NCBI GenBank assembly: GCA_963834385.1
Contig: CAWIBO010000002.1
Coordinates: 960,001-1,024,000, forward strand
Direction of reading: 5' to 3'
DNA length: 64,000 bases
From: an uncultured Verrucomicrobiae bacterium
GTDB lineage: Bacteria > Verrucomicrobiota > Verrucomicrobiia > Chthoniobacterales > UBA10450
Of the stretch, positions 48,120-59,700 are shown piece after piece. The position numbers were made by a program, and so were the translations under genes. The notes below the pieces were generated by a model. It saw nothing but the letters and a program-made list of their open reading frames with translations. It was not told the origin of the DNA and ran no database searches. The stretch's first letter is position 1; every line of letters begins with the position of its first letter.

Positions 48120-49502
48120 ATGTCACTCCTGATCAAAGGCGGCGAGATCGTGACGGCCGACGAACAGTACGTCGCCGACATTCTTTGCGAGGGCGACATC
48201 ATTTCCCGGATCGAGCCGGCCCTGGAGCCGCCGCCCGGCTGCGAGGTGATCGATGCCGCCGGCAAGTATGTCTTCCCGGGGTTCATCGATCCCCATGTGC
48301 ACATTTATCTCCCTTTCATGGGGACCGCGGCGAAGGACAACCACGAGACCGCCAGCCGGGCCGCTCTCGTTGGCGGGACCACCACCTTCATCGAGATGAT
48401 CTGCCCGTCGCGCGACGAAAAGCCGCTGGAAGCCTTCGAACTCTGGCTGGGCAAAGCGCAGGGCAACAGCGCCTGCGATTTCTCCTTTCACATGGGGGTG
48501 ACCCGCTTCGATGAGGCGGCGGAACATGACCTCGCGGAAATCGTTCGCCGCGGGGTCGCCAGTTTCAAGGTCTTCCTCGCTTACAAAGGCGCCTTCGGGG
48601 TCAACGATGAGGAACTCTACCGGACCCTCGCGCTGGCGAAAAAGCTCGGCGTCATCACCACGGCGCATTGTGAAAACGCGGACCTCGTGCTCGCGCTGCA
48701 GAAGAAACTGCTGAGCGAGGGGAAAACCGGCCCGGAATTCCATTACTGGAGCCGGCCGCCGGTGGTCGAGGCCGAGGGCGTGCATCATCTCATGACTTTC
48801 GCCGAGATGACCGGCGCGGCGGTTTACATCGTCCACCTGAGCTGCCTGGAAGCGCTCCAGGAAGCTGTGCGCGGCGCGAAGCGAGGCGTCAACGTCTCGG
48901 TCGAGACGCTGATCCAGTATCTCCTGCTCGACCGGACGGATGCCGAGAAACCGGATTTCGAGGGCGCCAAGTGCGTGATGTCGCCGCCCCTGCGCGACCG
49001 TTCCAACCATAACGTTCTCTGGGAAGGTCTCCGGGACAGAACGATCGCCACCATCGCGACCGACCACGCCCCTTTCGATTTTGCCGACCAAAAGCGCATG
49101 GGTTTGCAGGACTTCACCCGGATTCCAAACGGAATCCCTTCCCTCGAAGACCGGGTGAACCTTTTCTACACGCACGGCGTCAAGACCGGCCGACTCAGCC
49201 TTTCCACCTTTGTCTCCGCCGCGAGCACGGAGGCGGCGCGTCTCTTTGGTCTCTATCCGCGCAAAGGCGCTATTCAGGTCGGGAGCGACGCCGACCTGGT
49301 GGTTTACGATCCCGATTACCACGGCACGATCAGGGCGGCGGACCACCTGATGAACGTTGATTACAATTCATTCGAAGGAATGGAGATCGCCGGTCGCCCG
49401 CATGTGGTCACGGTGCGGGGGGAAATCGCCGCCCGGGACGGCCGGTTCGTCGGCGCCTTTGGGCGCGGGCGTTTCCTTGAGCGCAAGCCGACCCATTTTT
49501 GA
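48120..49502 (+). CDS. hydA: Dihydropyrimidinase (D-hydantoinase)
   Basis: PGFIDPHVH, SFKVFLAYK, AHCEN, YIVHLS, MSPPLR, TDHAPF, IPNG, GSDADLVV. Confidence 0.95.
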   Translation: MSLLIKGGEIVTADEQYVADILCEGDIISRIEPALEPPPGCEVIDAAGKYVFPGFIDPHVHIYLPFMGTAAKDNHETASRAALVGGTTTFIEMICPSRDEKPLEAFELWLGKAQGNSACDFSFHMGVTRFDEAAEHDLAEIVRRGVASFKVFLAYKGAFGVNDEELYRTLALAKKLGVITTAHCENADLVLALQKKLLSEGKTGPEFHYWSRPPVVEAEGVHHLMTFAEMTGAAVYIVHLSCLEALQEAVRGAKRGVNVSVETLIQYLLLDRTDAEKPDFEGAKCVMSPPLRDRSNHNVLWEGLRDRTIATIATDHAPFDFADQKRMGLQDFTRIPNGIPSLEDRVNLFYTHGVKTGRLSLSTFVSAASTEAARLFGLYPRKGAIQVGSDADLVVYDPDYHGTIRAADHLMNVDYNSFEGMEIAGRPHVVTVRGEIAARDGRFVGAFGRGRFLERKPTHF

Positions 49503-50968
49503 TGGAACAGGCGTCGTCCCGCATCGATCCGACGAACTCGCTTTCGAACGAGGACCTTGCCCCGGTGCCGCTCGCACAGCGCACCTGGTCGAAGTGGAAC
49601 ATCGCCGCGCTCTGGGTCGGGATGAGCGTGTGCATCCCCACCTACATGCTCGCCTCCGGCCTGATCTCCGGCGGGATGAACTGGTGGCAGGCGGTCCTGA
49701 CCGTTTTCCTCGGCAACCTGATTGTCCTGATCCCGATGGTCCTGAACGCCCATGCCGGCACGAAATACGGCATCAGCTTCCCGGTGTTTGCCCGGGCCTC
49801 CTTCGGCGTGCATGGCGCCAATGTCCCGGCCATCCTGCGCGCCATCGTCGCCTGCGGCTGGTTCGGGATCCAGACCTGGATCGGCGGCTGGGCCATCTAC
49901 AAACTCGCCCTGGTTGCCTGGCCCGCGCTCGCGCAGACGCCTGATCTCGCTTTGCTCGGGATCAACGCCGCGCAACTTCTCTGCTTTCTCTCCTTTTGGG
50001 CGCTCAACGTCTGGATCTTCTGGCGCGGCATGGAAAGCATCCGGGCGGTGGAGGACTGGGGCGCGCCCCTTCTTCTTCTCATCGGCGTCGCGCTCCTCGT
50101 CTGGGCTTATCTCAAGGCCGGCGGCTTCGGCCCCATGCTCCGGCAGCCGTCACGCTTCCAGACCACCGCCGAGTTCTGGAAGTTTTTTGTCCCGGGCCTG
50201 ACCGGCATGGTCGGGTTCTGGGCGACGCTCTCGCTGAACATCCCGGATTTCAGCCGCATGGCGCGGAGCCAGCGCGACCAGATCCTTGGCCAGGCCCTTG
50301 GCCTGAACACCACCATGCCGTTTTACGCTTTCATCGGCGTGGCCGTGACCAGCGCCACCATGGTCATCTTTGGCGAAACCATCTGGGATCCGATTGAACT
50401 GATGTCCCGGTTCGACAACGTCGGGCTGATGCTGGTGGCGATGTTCGCCCTCACCCTGGCCACGCTCACGACCAATCTCGCCGCCAACGTGGTCGCGCCC
50501 GCCATCTCTTTTTCCAATCTGTCCCCCCGCCGCATCAGCCGGCGCACCGGCGGCCTGATCACCGGCGTCATCGGCATCGTCATGATGCCGTGGAAATTGG
50601 TGGCCGATCCAACCGGTTACATTTTCACCTGGCTCATCGGCTATTCCGCGCTCCTCGGACCGATCGGCGGCATTCTCATCTGCGATTATTTTCTGATTCG
50701 GCGGACCCGACTCGAGCTCGATGACCTCTACCGGACGGACGGCGTTTATTCCTACCGGGGCGGCTGGAACCTCGTTGCAATGGTCGCGCTGGTGGCCGGC
50801 ATTCTCCCGAGCGTTCCCGGTTTTCTCGGGACGGTCGGCGCCGTCTCGCCCGCGCAAGTCGGCCCGTTCCTCATGTCCCTTTACAGTTACGCCTGGTTTA
50901 TCGGTTTCGGTCTCGCTCTTGCCGTCTACTGGATCGGCATGAAAGTGCGGGGCTCCGCCCATCACTGA
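49502..50968 (+). CDS. NCS1-family nucleobase:cation symporter
   Basis: NEDLAP...[49 protein letters not shown]. Confidence 0.95.
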   Translation: MEQASSRIDPTNSLSNEDLAPVPLAQRTWSKWNIAALWVGMSVCIPTYMLASGLISGGMNWWQAVLTVFLGNLIVLIPMVLNAHAGTKYGISFPVFARASFGVHGANVPAILRAIVACGWFGIQTWIGGWAIYKLALVAWPALAQTPDLALLGINAAQLLCFLSFWALNVWIFWRGMESIRAVEDWGAPLLLLIGVALLVWAYLKAGGFGPMLRQPSRFQTTAEFWKFFVPGLTGMVGFWATLSLNIPDFSRMARSQRDQILGQALGLNTTMPFYAFIGVAVTSATMVIFGETIWDPIELMSRFDNVGLMLVAMFALTLATLTTNLAANVVAPAISFSNLSPRRISRRTGGLITGVIGIVMMPWKLVADPTGYIFTWLIGYSALLGPIGGILICDYFLIRRTRLELDDLYRTDGVYSYRGGWNLVAMVALVAGILPSVPGFLGTVGAVSPAQVGPFLMSLYSYAWFIGFGLALAVYWIGMKVRGSAHH

Positions 50969-50973
50969 TCCTT

Positions 50974-52315
50974 ATGCAAAATCCCGAACTCCCGCCGTTT
51001 GATCATTCACCCCAGGCTTATCGCGGCCCTTCCGCCGAGGAAGTGCTCAAGCTTCGCCGCGAATTCCTCAATCCCGGCATCTTTCTCTATTACAAAAAGC
51101 CGATCATGCTCGTGGAAGGCAAAATGCAGTATGTCTGGGACGAATCCGGCAAACGCTATCTCGACGCCCTCGGCGGCATTGTCACGGTCAGCGTCGGTCA
51201 TTGTCATCCCGAGCTGGTCGAGGCGGCCCGCGCGCCAGAACGAGCTGCTCCAGCATTCCACCACGATCTATCTGCATCCCAACGTGGCCGAGTACGCGCG
51301 CAAGCTGGCCGGGAAAATGCCGGGCGACCTCAAGGTCTGTTACTTCGTCAACTCCGGCTCGGAGGCAAACGATCTCGCGCTGCTCATGGCCAGGGCTTTC
51401 ACCGGCAACTACGACATGATCGCGCTGCGCAACGCCTATCACGGCGGAAACGCCTCCGGCATGGGCCTGACCGCGCATCACACCTGGAAGTTCAATGTTC
51501 CGCACAGCTTCGGGGTGCACCACGCCATCACCCCCGATCCGTTCCGCGGCGCCTGGGGACGCGATAACCCGGAGGCCGGTAAAAATTACGCGGCGGATGT
51601 GAAGAGCCTGATCGATTACGCCACGCCGGGGCAGGTCGCGGGCTTCATCGCCGAATCCATCCAGGGGGTCGGCGGCTGCGTCGTTTTCCCGGATGGCTAC
51701 CTGAAAAATGTCTACGAACATGTCCGCGCGGCGGGCGGTGTCTGCATTGCCGACGAAGTGCAGTCCGGCTTTGGCCGGACCGGTTCGCATTACTGGGGGT
51801 TCGAGACCCAGGACGTCATCCCGGACATTGTCTCCATGGCCAAGGGCATCGGCAACGGCGCGCCGCTGGGCGCGGTGGTGACGACGCCGAAGATCGCCGC
51901 CGCCCTGGCGCAACGGGTTCATTTCAACACCTTCGGAGGCAACCCGATCGTCTCCACCATCGGCAGCGCCGTGCTCGATGTGATCGACCGCGAGAAATTG
52001 CAGGAGAACAGCGCCCGCATCGGCGGACGGATCCTCGAGGGCCTGCATCGGCTGCAAAAAAAGCACAACATCATCGGCGATGTCCGCGGCAAGGGACTCA
52101 TGCTCGGGATCGAGCTGGTGAAGGACCGCGCCACCAAGGAGCCGGCCAAAGCCGAGTGCGCGCAGGTGCTCGAGACGGCCAAGGAAATGGGGCTCCTGCT
52201 CGGCAAAGGCGGGTTGCACGGCCAGACCATCCGATTTTCCCCGCCGATGTGCGTGCACGAGCAGGACGCCGATTTCCTGCTCGAGGTTCTCGACCGCGCC
52301 TTCCAGTCGCTCTAA
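50974..52315 (+). CDS. Class III PLP aminotransferase, AGXT2/PYD4-like (beta-alanine/BAIB:pyruvate); +1 frameshift near 51231
   Basis: [66 protein letters not shown]. Confidence 0.9.
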
Positions 52316-52326
52316 CAAGACTTCGC

Positions 52327-52767
52327 ATGGACTTCGACGACGGGATGCGCGCAGCCGTGGAAGAGATGCATGCCGGACTGGCGGAAGGCGGCATCCCCAT
52401 CGGGAGTTCGCTCGCGCGGGATGGCCGCGTCGTGGCTCGCGGCCATAACCGGCGGGTGCAGGAGGGCGACCCCATTACGCATGCCGAGATCGATTGCCTG
52501 CGCCGGGCCGGTCGGTTGCCGGGCGGTTTTCGCGGCGCGGTTCTTTATTCCACCCTGATGCCGTGCCATCTCTGCGCCGGGGCCGCGGTCCAGTTTGGCA
52601 TTGCAAAGGTGATCGTGGGCGAGAGCCGCAACTTCGCCGGAGCGCCCGACTTCATGCGCGAACATGGCATTGAAGTGATCGATCTCGATCTGCCGGAATG
52701 CGTGGAGACCATGCGCCGCTGGATCGAGCAAAACCCCACGCTCTGGAACGAGGATATCGGCCTATAG
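52327..52767 (+). CDS. Zn-dependent nucleoside deaminase, fungal Fcy1-type cytosine deaminase-like
   Basis: EGGIPIG, GHN.RVQ, HAE.DC, PCHLC, C-terminal W.EDIG. Confidence 0.9.
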   Translation: MDFDDGMRAAVEEMHAGLAEGGIPIGSSLARDGRVVARGHNRRVQEGDPITHAEIDCLRRAGRLPGGFRGAVLYSTLMPCHLCAGAAVQFGIAKVIVGESRNFAGAPDFMREHGIEVIDLDLPECVETMRRWIEQNPTLWNEDIGL

Positions 52768-52771
52768 CCGC

Positions 52772-54554
52772 CTATTCCTGCGGAATCCCGGAAAGATCGA
52801 TCGGCGGATAGAAGAGGGCGTCCGGCGGGAGAGCCCGGCGCACCCGTCGTGGCTGGGCAAATATTTCCCCGGAAGGCGCCTCGAAAATCCATTCGCCCCG
52901 AGGAGTTACCCCGACGAATCGGGCATTGTAATTCCGGCGCACTGTCTGCCGGCGGGAGCGCGACAGAATCCGCGCCTCCTCGATCTCAGCCGGGAGCGCC
53001 CGGCGAACTTCACGGGCGCGGGTGCGTGCCGGGCGACTGTTCCGCGCTGTCATTTTCGGCTTCGACGGGACTGTGTTCTCTTTCGCGCGAAACCCGGCTT
53101 GGCTGGGATGAAGCGACGGCCTTCGGGGGTTCGTCCGCCCCGGAGGTGGTGTCGTCCGAAGGAATCTCCGTGGTCGACTCGGCCGTCAGGTCTCCTTCTT
53201 CTGGTCCCTCCGCGGGCGGCTCAGCTTCCACCGGCGCGGGCGTGGCCGCGGCGACAACCTGTTCCGTCGGCGAAACGGCTGGCGCAGGTGTCGTGGTCTC
53301 CTCAACCACCGCCGCCGGGGAAGATTCGGTGTCCGCCAACACCGGCGAGGCGGTCGCCGCGGGTGACACCTCCTGCATCGGTTCGGGACTCGCCGTGGTG
53401 ACAATTGTTCCACCGGCTGCGCCCACGCCCGGTGTCGGAACGCCGACGGGTTCGCCGATCAATTCCGCTTCCTGGCGCGCCTGGCGATTTTCCAGTGCGC
53501 GCTGGAAAGCGGGCCAGGCCAGGCTCGCCAGCACAATTAGAGCAAGCGCGGCCACGGCGTATCCGGCCGGTTGCAGGAGATTGCGGAAGGCCCGGGCTTC
53601 GCGGGACGACGCCACCGGGTCGGCGACCACCGGTTCCGGCTCGGGCGGCGGGACCGTCGCCGCGCTGACCGCGGCTCCGCCGAGGAAACCGGGGAGCCAC
53701 GAGCGGCCGCGCAGCCGCGTGAGGTGTCGCTCCATCTCTTTCGCCAGGAGCACGGGATCACGCGGTCGCGCATCCGGGTTTTTCGCCAGCATCTTCTCCA
53801 GAAGCTCGCGCACCCCTTTCGGCATGGCCTCCAGTTGCGCCACCGGCGGTTCCGCCATCATCTGCTGCGCCGTCACCGCCGCGGGCGACCCGAGAAAAGG
53901 CGGATGACCTGTCAAAAGAAACCAGAGGGTGCAGCCAAGCGAGTAAACCGCCGACTGAAAATCAGTCTCCCCGCGGTCAAGCTGTTCGGGCGCGGCATAC
54001 TGGAACGCGGCCAGGCGGGCGGCTTCCTCCGGACCGGCGTCGGCCTCGGCCGGCCGCAGCCGCCCGGGACCGAACCCGAGCAGCTTGATGAAGGGCCATT
54101 CACCTTCGTCGTTCACTCCCGGCACCAGCATGATGTTCGCTGGTTGCACCGCGGCGTGGGAAAGACCGTGGAAAGCTCCGGCGCCAAGCGCGAGCACCAC
54201 CTGCCTGGCAATGCGCAGGGCCGCTTCCGGCGGAAGCGGTCCGTGCACGGAAACCCAGCGATCGAGCGGTTCGCCTTCCAGCCGCTCCATGGCGGTATAA
54301 TGAAAATCCCGACCCGTCCCGGTCTCGAGGATCGTGGCGATATTTGGATGATTCGGCCGTCCCGCATCGTCAGCGGCCGGCGCGGCCGCCGCAGTGATGT
54401 CCGTCATGGCGAGCGGGACCAGGCGGAGCAGAACCGGGTCATGGGTGGTGCGATGCTCGGCTTCCACGGTCAGTCCGATCCCGTCGCGGGTGAGCACAGT
54501 GGGCTCTCCGTCGTATCCGGTTATTACTCGATAATTTCCAAAATTTCGTTCCAT
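52772..54554 (-). CDS. Membrane-anchored Ser/Thr kinase-like protein with degenerate catalytic motifs; +1 frameshift near 53025 probably extends it to 52772
   Basis: HPNIA, ME.LEG.PL, Q/KPANIM, YAAPEQ, VYSLGCTL.FLLTG.PPF, L.KNP..RP; one TM; Pro/Glu/Thr-rich linker. Confidence 0.82.
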
Positions 54555-54695
54555 ATTTGCGGTCTCGGGCGCGATGGGAGGGCCGAAAGACCCCGCGCCA
54601 CTCCCTCTTAGACCGCCGGGCCCGGGAGATATTCAGAAGAACCCGCGCAATCTCGCCCGGGCGACGAAAAGAAGTCCTGCTGCCCAAGAGCCGCC

Positions 54696-54766
54696 CTACC
54701 CCGCATGGATTCGAACCATGAATAACGCCTCCAAAGGGCGCTGTGTTACCGTTACACCACGGGGTA
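54696..54766 (-). tRNA. tRNA-Gln(TTG)
   Basis: Minus strand TACCCCG-TGGTGTAACGGTAACAC-A-GCGCC-CTTTGGA-GGCGT...GGTTCGAATCC...CGGGGTA-G. Confidence 0.95.
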
Positions 54767-54863
54767 TGGTGGACAGGCGATTGTCGATTTGCCGGGGGAA
54801 GGGTGCAACCGTCTTTTGCCGGGACCACGCTCTGACGTCGCGTGGAAGACGAGGATGCCGAGC

Positions 54864-56006
54864 TCAGGCCGCGGCCGGGGTCGCCTCCGGGGCAGGCACG
54901 GGCAGACGGATATCGACCGTGGTCCCGCTCCCCAGCACGCTGCATACGGAAATCTTGCCCTCGTGGGCGTCGACGATTGACTTGGCGATGGCCATGCCGA
55001 GACCGGTGCCGTGGGCCTTGCCGTGGGTGACAAAGGGCTCGAAAAGTTTCGGCAGAATCTCGGGCGGGATGCCGCAGCCGGTATCGGTAATGCGCAGCGC
55101 CACCTCGTCGTAAACGCGGTCGGCCGTGATGGTGAGAATGCCGCCCTGGGGCATGGCTTCCCGGGCGTTCTTGATCAGGTTGGCCAGCATCCGGGTGAAC
55201 CGGGCCAGATCGATGTCGAAAACACCGTCGTAACTGATGCGCTTGGCAAACTGGATGTTCTGGCCCGGCAGCAGGCGCAGCGATTGCTGGTTCAGGTCGT
55301 CGAGCAGGCGCCAGATGGTGACGCGCTGCTTCGAGAGCGTCATGGAACCGCGGGCGTAATCGAGCAGCTCCTGCGTCATGGCGAGCATGCCATCGACCGC
55401 GGTGTCCATCATGCCGGTCAGCTCGCGCAAACGCGGATCCGGGGTTTCCCCCGCGATCAGGTCCGAGCAGCAGCGGACAATGCAGATCGGGTTCTTCAGG
55501 TCGTGAATGATGGAGCTGGCCATGGCCCCGACGAGGCTGAGGCGTTCCGTGCGCATGACCTCGGTGATGAAGTGCGAGTTCACCGCGCGGAGCCGCTCGG
55601 AGACGCTGCGCAGGAAGTTCATGTGCAACCGGCTCGGGGCCAGCTCGAGGATGTGCTGGAAAGTGCTTTCGGTCACCGCCCCCAGGAGGGTTGGTTCGGC
55701 CGCCGTGGCCATGGCGGAGCGCGGCTGGCCGTCCAGCAGGGCCATCTCGCCGAAAAAGTTGTTGGACTGGATGAACCCGAGGGTCTCCTGGTTCCCGCCG
55801 CGCCCGATCTTGGAAATCTTGACCGAGCCTTCGCCCACCAGGTAAAGCGAGTCGCCGGGGTCCCCCTCCTTGAAGATCACTTCGCCCGGGGCCAGGCGCA
55901 TAACACGCACCTCAGGCGCGATTTCGTCGAGGAGTCCGCGCTCAATCCCCTCAAAAAGGCGATTGCCGTAAAATTGGTCGACGGCCTGGAGGGCGGAGGA
56001 AATCAT
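54864..56006 (-). CDS. Cytoplasmic histidine kinase with N-terminal cNMP-binding domain
   Basis: IFKEGDPGDSLYLV.EG.V, FFGEMALLDG.PRSA; HDLKNP, NAREAM, DTG.GI, FVT.GK..GTGLG. Confidence 0.92.
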   Translation of the reverse strand: MISSALQAVDQFYGNRLFEGIERGLLDEIAPEVRVMRLAPGEVIFKEGDPGDSLYLVGEGSVKISKIGRGGNQETLGFIQSNNFFGEMALLDGQPRSAMATAAEPTLLGAVTESTFQHILELAPSRLHMNFLRSVSERLRAVNSHFITEVMRTERLSLVGAMASSIIHDLKNPICIVRCCSDLIAGETPDPRLRELTGMMDTAVDGMLAMTQELLDYARGSMTLSKQRVTIWRLLDDLNQQSLRLLPGQNIQFAKRISYDGVFDIDLARFTRMLANLIKNAREAMPQGGILTITADRVYDEVALRITDTGCGIPPEILPKLFEPFVTHGKAHGTGLGMAIAKSIVDAHEGKISVCSVLGSGTTVDIRLPVPAPEATPAAA

Positions 56007-56722
56007 CAGGCTCCCTGGGAAGCAGTCATAATGCCGTCAGCGGCCTTTTTTGGCCCCGCGCCCGCGATCTCGAGCAGCGAGGTCAACTGGGAGACGAGCT
56101 CATCCGGCGGGAGCGGCTTCCGCAAGAAGGCCGAGAGGCCGCGGGCGAACATTCCCTGGAGCCGGATCTCGTCGATAAATCCGGTCGTGAGGATGACGGG
56201 AAGGGCAGGGGCCAGCGTCCGGATCCGATCAAAGGTCTCTTCCCCGTCGAGGAACGGCATGGTCAGGTCGAGGAGCACGGCGTCGTATTGACCCGGTTGT
56301 TGCACGAGAAGATCGAGGCACTCGAAGCCGTTGGCCGCCTCGCGCACGGCAAACCCGGCCCCGTCCAGCACGCGGGCGGTGAGCTCCCGCGTCATGGGCT
56401 CGTCATCGACCACCAGGATGGTGCCCCGGGGCTGGCGGGCGCGCTCCGCTTCCTGCCTTTGCAGAAGGGCGCCGAGATCAGGATGCAAGAGGACCTTCTT
56501 TTCGCAGCCTCCGACCTGGCGGACCAGCTCGCTCGTGACCTCGGCGGCGCGCTCAACACTGGCGCGGAGCATGGCGAAGTATTTTTCGGAGCCGGGTGAG
56601 CCGTCCCAGATGTTTTCGATGACCTCGCTCGTGCCGGCGATAACCTGCAGGAGGTTGTTCAATTCGCTGGCGGCGACCGGCACCTGCTGGCGCGCGATCT
56701 CGTTCTCTTTGGATGATTCCAT
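56006..56722 (-). CDS. Response regulator receiver protein with N-terminal His-less DHp-like helix pair
   Basis: ASELNNLLQVI; ILVVDDE, LLDLTMP.LDG, ILTTG, FLRKP. Confidence 0.85.
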   Translation of the reverse strand: MESSKENEIARQQVPVAASELNNLLQVIAGTSEVIENIWDGSPGSEKYFAMLRASVERAAEVTSELVRQVGGCEKKVLLHPDLGALLQRQEAERARQPRGTILVVDDEPMTRELTARVLDGAGFAVREAANGFECLDLLVQQPGQYDAVLLDLTMPFLDGEETFDRIRTLAPALPVILTTGFIDEIRLQGMFARGLSAFLRKPLPPDELVSQLTSLLEIAGAGPKKAADGIMTASQGA

Positions 56723-56725
56723 GGA

Positions 56726-59700
56726 TTAACCGCCGGGAGGCAGCGCGCTGAGGGATTTCGTTGTGGCTCCCATGCCGGTGAACGTGCCGGTGGTGGAACC
56801 GTTCCCGCCGAAGCCGGTGTAGTTCGGGTTATTGGTGTAAACGTTCGCGGGCAGGTTCCCGTTGATCGTCACCTGCACGTTGTTAAAGATGTTGACGGTA
56901 TTGGCCGCGATCGTTTTTGCGGCCGTGCCGTTGAGGGTGGTGTTGCCGGTAAAGTTGATCGTGCCGCTGCTTCCGCCGGCGTAGAGGCGGATGAGCGAAT
57001 TGCCGCTGAGCTGGGAATTGCCCACGTTGAGGACGCCATTGCGGCCGACCGCGCTCAGCTTCACGACATCGGCGCTGAGGGTGGAGTTGTTGACGGTGAC
57101 GGTTCCGGTGCCGCCGTTGTTCTGAACGTCGATGGTTCCGCGGTCCGCCTGTACCCTGGCGCCGTTCAGGTTCACCGCGCCGCCGCCGAGGTCATCTTGA
57201 TGGAGCCGCCGGAACCGCGGGCCGTGGCCGCGAGGAGGCTGTTCAGCTCGGCCGAGCTGGTCACGTTGATGGCCACGCCCGTCTTTTTCCGGCTTTCCAG
57301 CGTGATGGTACCGCCCTTGTCGCTGATCGCGCCGATTTCCGTCGTTCGACGACACTTCGATCTTCGATCCGACCGTGATGGTGTCGTCGGACTTGAGCTC
57401 GACTTTGCCGCCCTGGCCACCGGTCATGCCGGCGGTGCTGTTCAGGCCGGTCGTGGCGAGGATAGGGACGTTGACCGCGATGGCCCCCACGGTGTCCGCC
57501 TTAAGTTCGCCGCCATTTCCCCCGGCCTCGGCACGGGAGGGGGAGGCATCTCCGCCGGTGAGACTGGCGCTCCGGACGGCGGTGCCGGCAGAATCAAAGT
57601 TCAGGGTGCTGGTAACGAAGGTCACGCTGGAGGCATGCTGCGGCGCGCTGCTGGCCGTGCCGGAGGCGCCGTCCAGCTTGATGCCGCCGGTCCACTTGAT
57701 GTTGGGCGCGGAGATCGTCTTGCTCTCGGCCACCGGGCCGCTGAGGAGCCCGCCCGAACCGATGGAGAGCACGGTCCCGGCCGTGACCTGCTTTGCGCTC
57801 AAGGAACCGGCCGAGATGCTTTTGGTGGCGGTGATCTTGTCGCCGGCGATGAGGCCGCCGACACTGATGAGCCCGGGAGTGGTCGCCTCCTTGAGGGCGT
57901 ACAGATTGCCAGTAAGGACCAGGTCGCCCTTGAGATTGAACTTGAGAGTGTTGACCGAGAGTGAGCCTCCTTCGTAGGAGCCGTTGGTGAGGGTGATCTT
58001 GTCGAATCCGACCAGATCGAAGGCGGCGGCGTTGATGCCCCCGGCTTTCACCGTGATGTTGGAGGCGGAGGGCGCGATGGAGAAGTCGGTCAGGAGCGTG
58101 AGACCGTTTGAGTTAATATTCAGGGTCTTGAGCCGCGCGGTGTCGACGCCGCCACCCCGCCGTTGGCGGAGGCCAGGCTGATGACGCCGTTGCTCGAGTT
58201 CAGGGTCAGATAATCGGCGGAGAGATAGGCCGTGCTGGCATTAAAAAGAAGCGCGTCGGTTCCGGTAAGCGTGAGGGTGGGGGCAACAAGGCGGCCGAAG
58301 ATCTGGGTGTCGGCCGCCGCGAGAACGAGGGCGCGCGAGGCCTGCAGATTGGCGCTGGTGGCGACATGAAGATCCCCTGTCGCGCTCACGCTCAGGTCGC
58401 GTCCATTCATCCCACCGGCAAGGCTGGCTGAACCGGTGGTGTTGGCCTGGATGTCCTCCACCGCCGAGAGATTGCTGGCCGCACCGGTCACGAGGTCGCC
58501 GGAGAGGCTGAGGCCGATGTTCCTGCCGCTGGTGACAACCGAATTGATTGTCGCTCCCGCGGCGTTGGCCTGGAAATCCGCGCTGTTCACCGTCCCGTTG
58601 ATGAGCAGTTCCTTTGTCCCGGTCAGCTTGAAGGTTTTGCCACTGCTTCCGCCATCGAGGGTGATCCGCTGGCCCGAGATGGTGACATTGCCGCCGGCGC
58701 CGAGGCTGCCGCTGCCGTTGAGGATAAAATCCTGAGTCATGGTGAAAACCATGTCGGCCGCGGACTCGAGGGGTCCCCCGACGATGGCTTTCTTGCCGGA
58801 CACGCCGATGCTCTGCGTCTGCGCGCGATCGTTCATGGTCACGTTACCCTTGGCGGCGCTCAGGGTGAGTTTGGCGGAATTGGTAGTCCCGCGGAGAAGG
58901 ATGTCGCCGTTGAGAGAGGTGACGGCGATGTCCTTGGTGGTCGAGATGGAGCCAGTAGCCCCAAGGGTAAAATTTGTCCCGGTGGTGAAGGTGGCCAGAT
59001 CAGCCTGCAGCGCCTGGTTCACGGTCGCGTTTTTGACGTTGGCGACGAACGCACCCGGCGTTTGGATGGCGGCGTTGGTGGTGAGGTCCTTGCCTGCCGT
59101 GATGGAAAAGTTTTTCCCGCTGGCGGCGCCGTTCAGGGTCACGTTGTTCACCGCAGTGAGGCTGACGGAGTCCGTCGCGCGCAAGTTGCCAGAGGCCGAA
59201 AGGAGCAGGTCGTCCTTGTTATTGACGGTGAAATTGCGGGCGGAAATTGGACCGGCCAGGGTAACGTTGGTGCCTGCGATGTTGACGTCAGCACTATTGA
59301 CGGCGCCGTTGACCACGATGTTGGCGAGCCCGTTGAGACCGAGAGAGCCCGCGGTCGTGATTGTGCCGTCCAGGATGATGGAATCAGAAGCGGTCACGCT
59401 GGCATTACCGCCGAGATTAATGACGCTGCCGTTGCCCGCGCGGAAGGAAGTGCCGGCGTTAAAGGTGGCGTCCTTGCCGCTCAGGCTTCCGTTGAAAGCG
59501 ACACTGGGACCGGTCGCGACCAGGCTGGAGAGAGCCTCGGTTGTCCCGTTAAACGTCAAAGCGCCAGGGATTCCCCTGTTAGTCCCGGAGGTGATGGTCA
59601 CCACGTTGCCCCGGGTGGCGCCGTTCAGATTGATCAGGCCCGCCGAATTGATCGTGAGGTTTTTGTCCGGCCCGGTGGCGGAAAGGCTCGCCCCGCTGCC

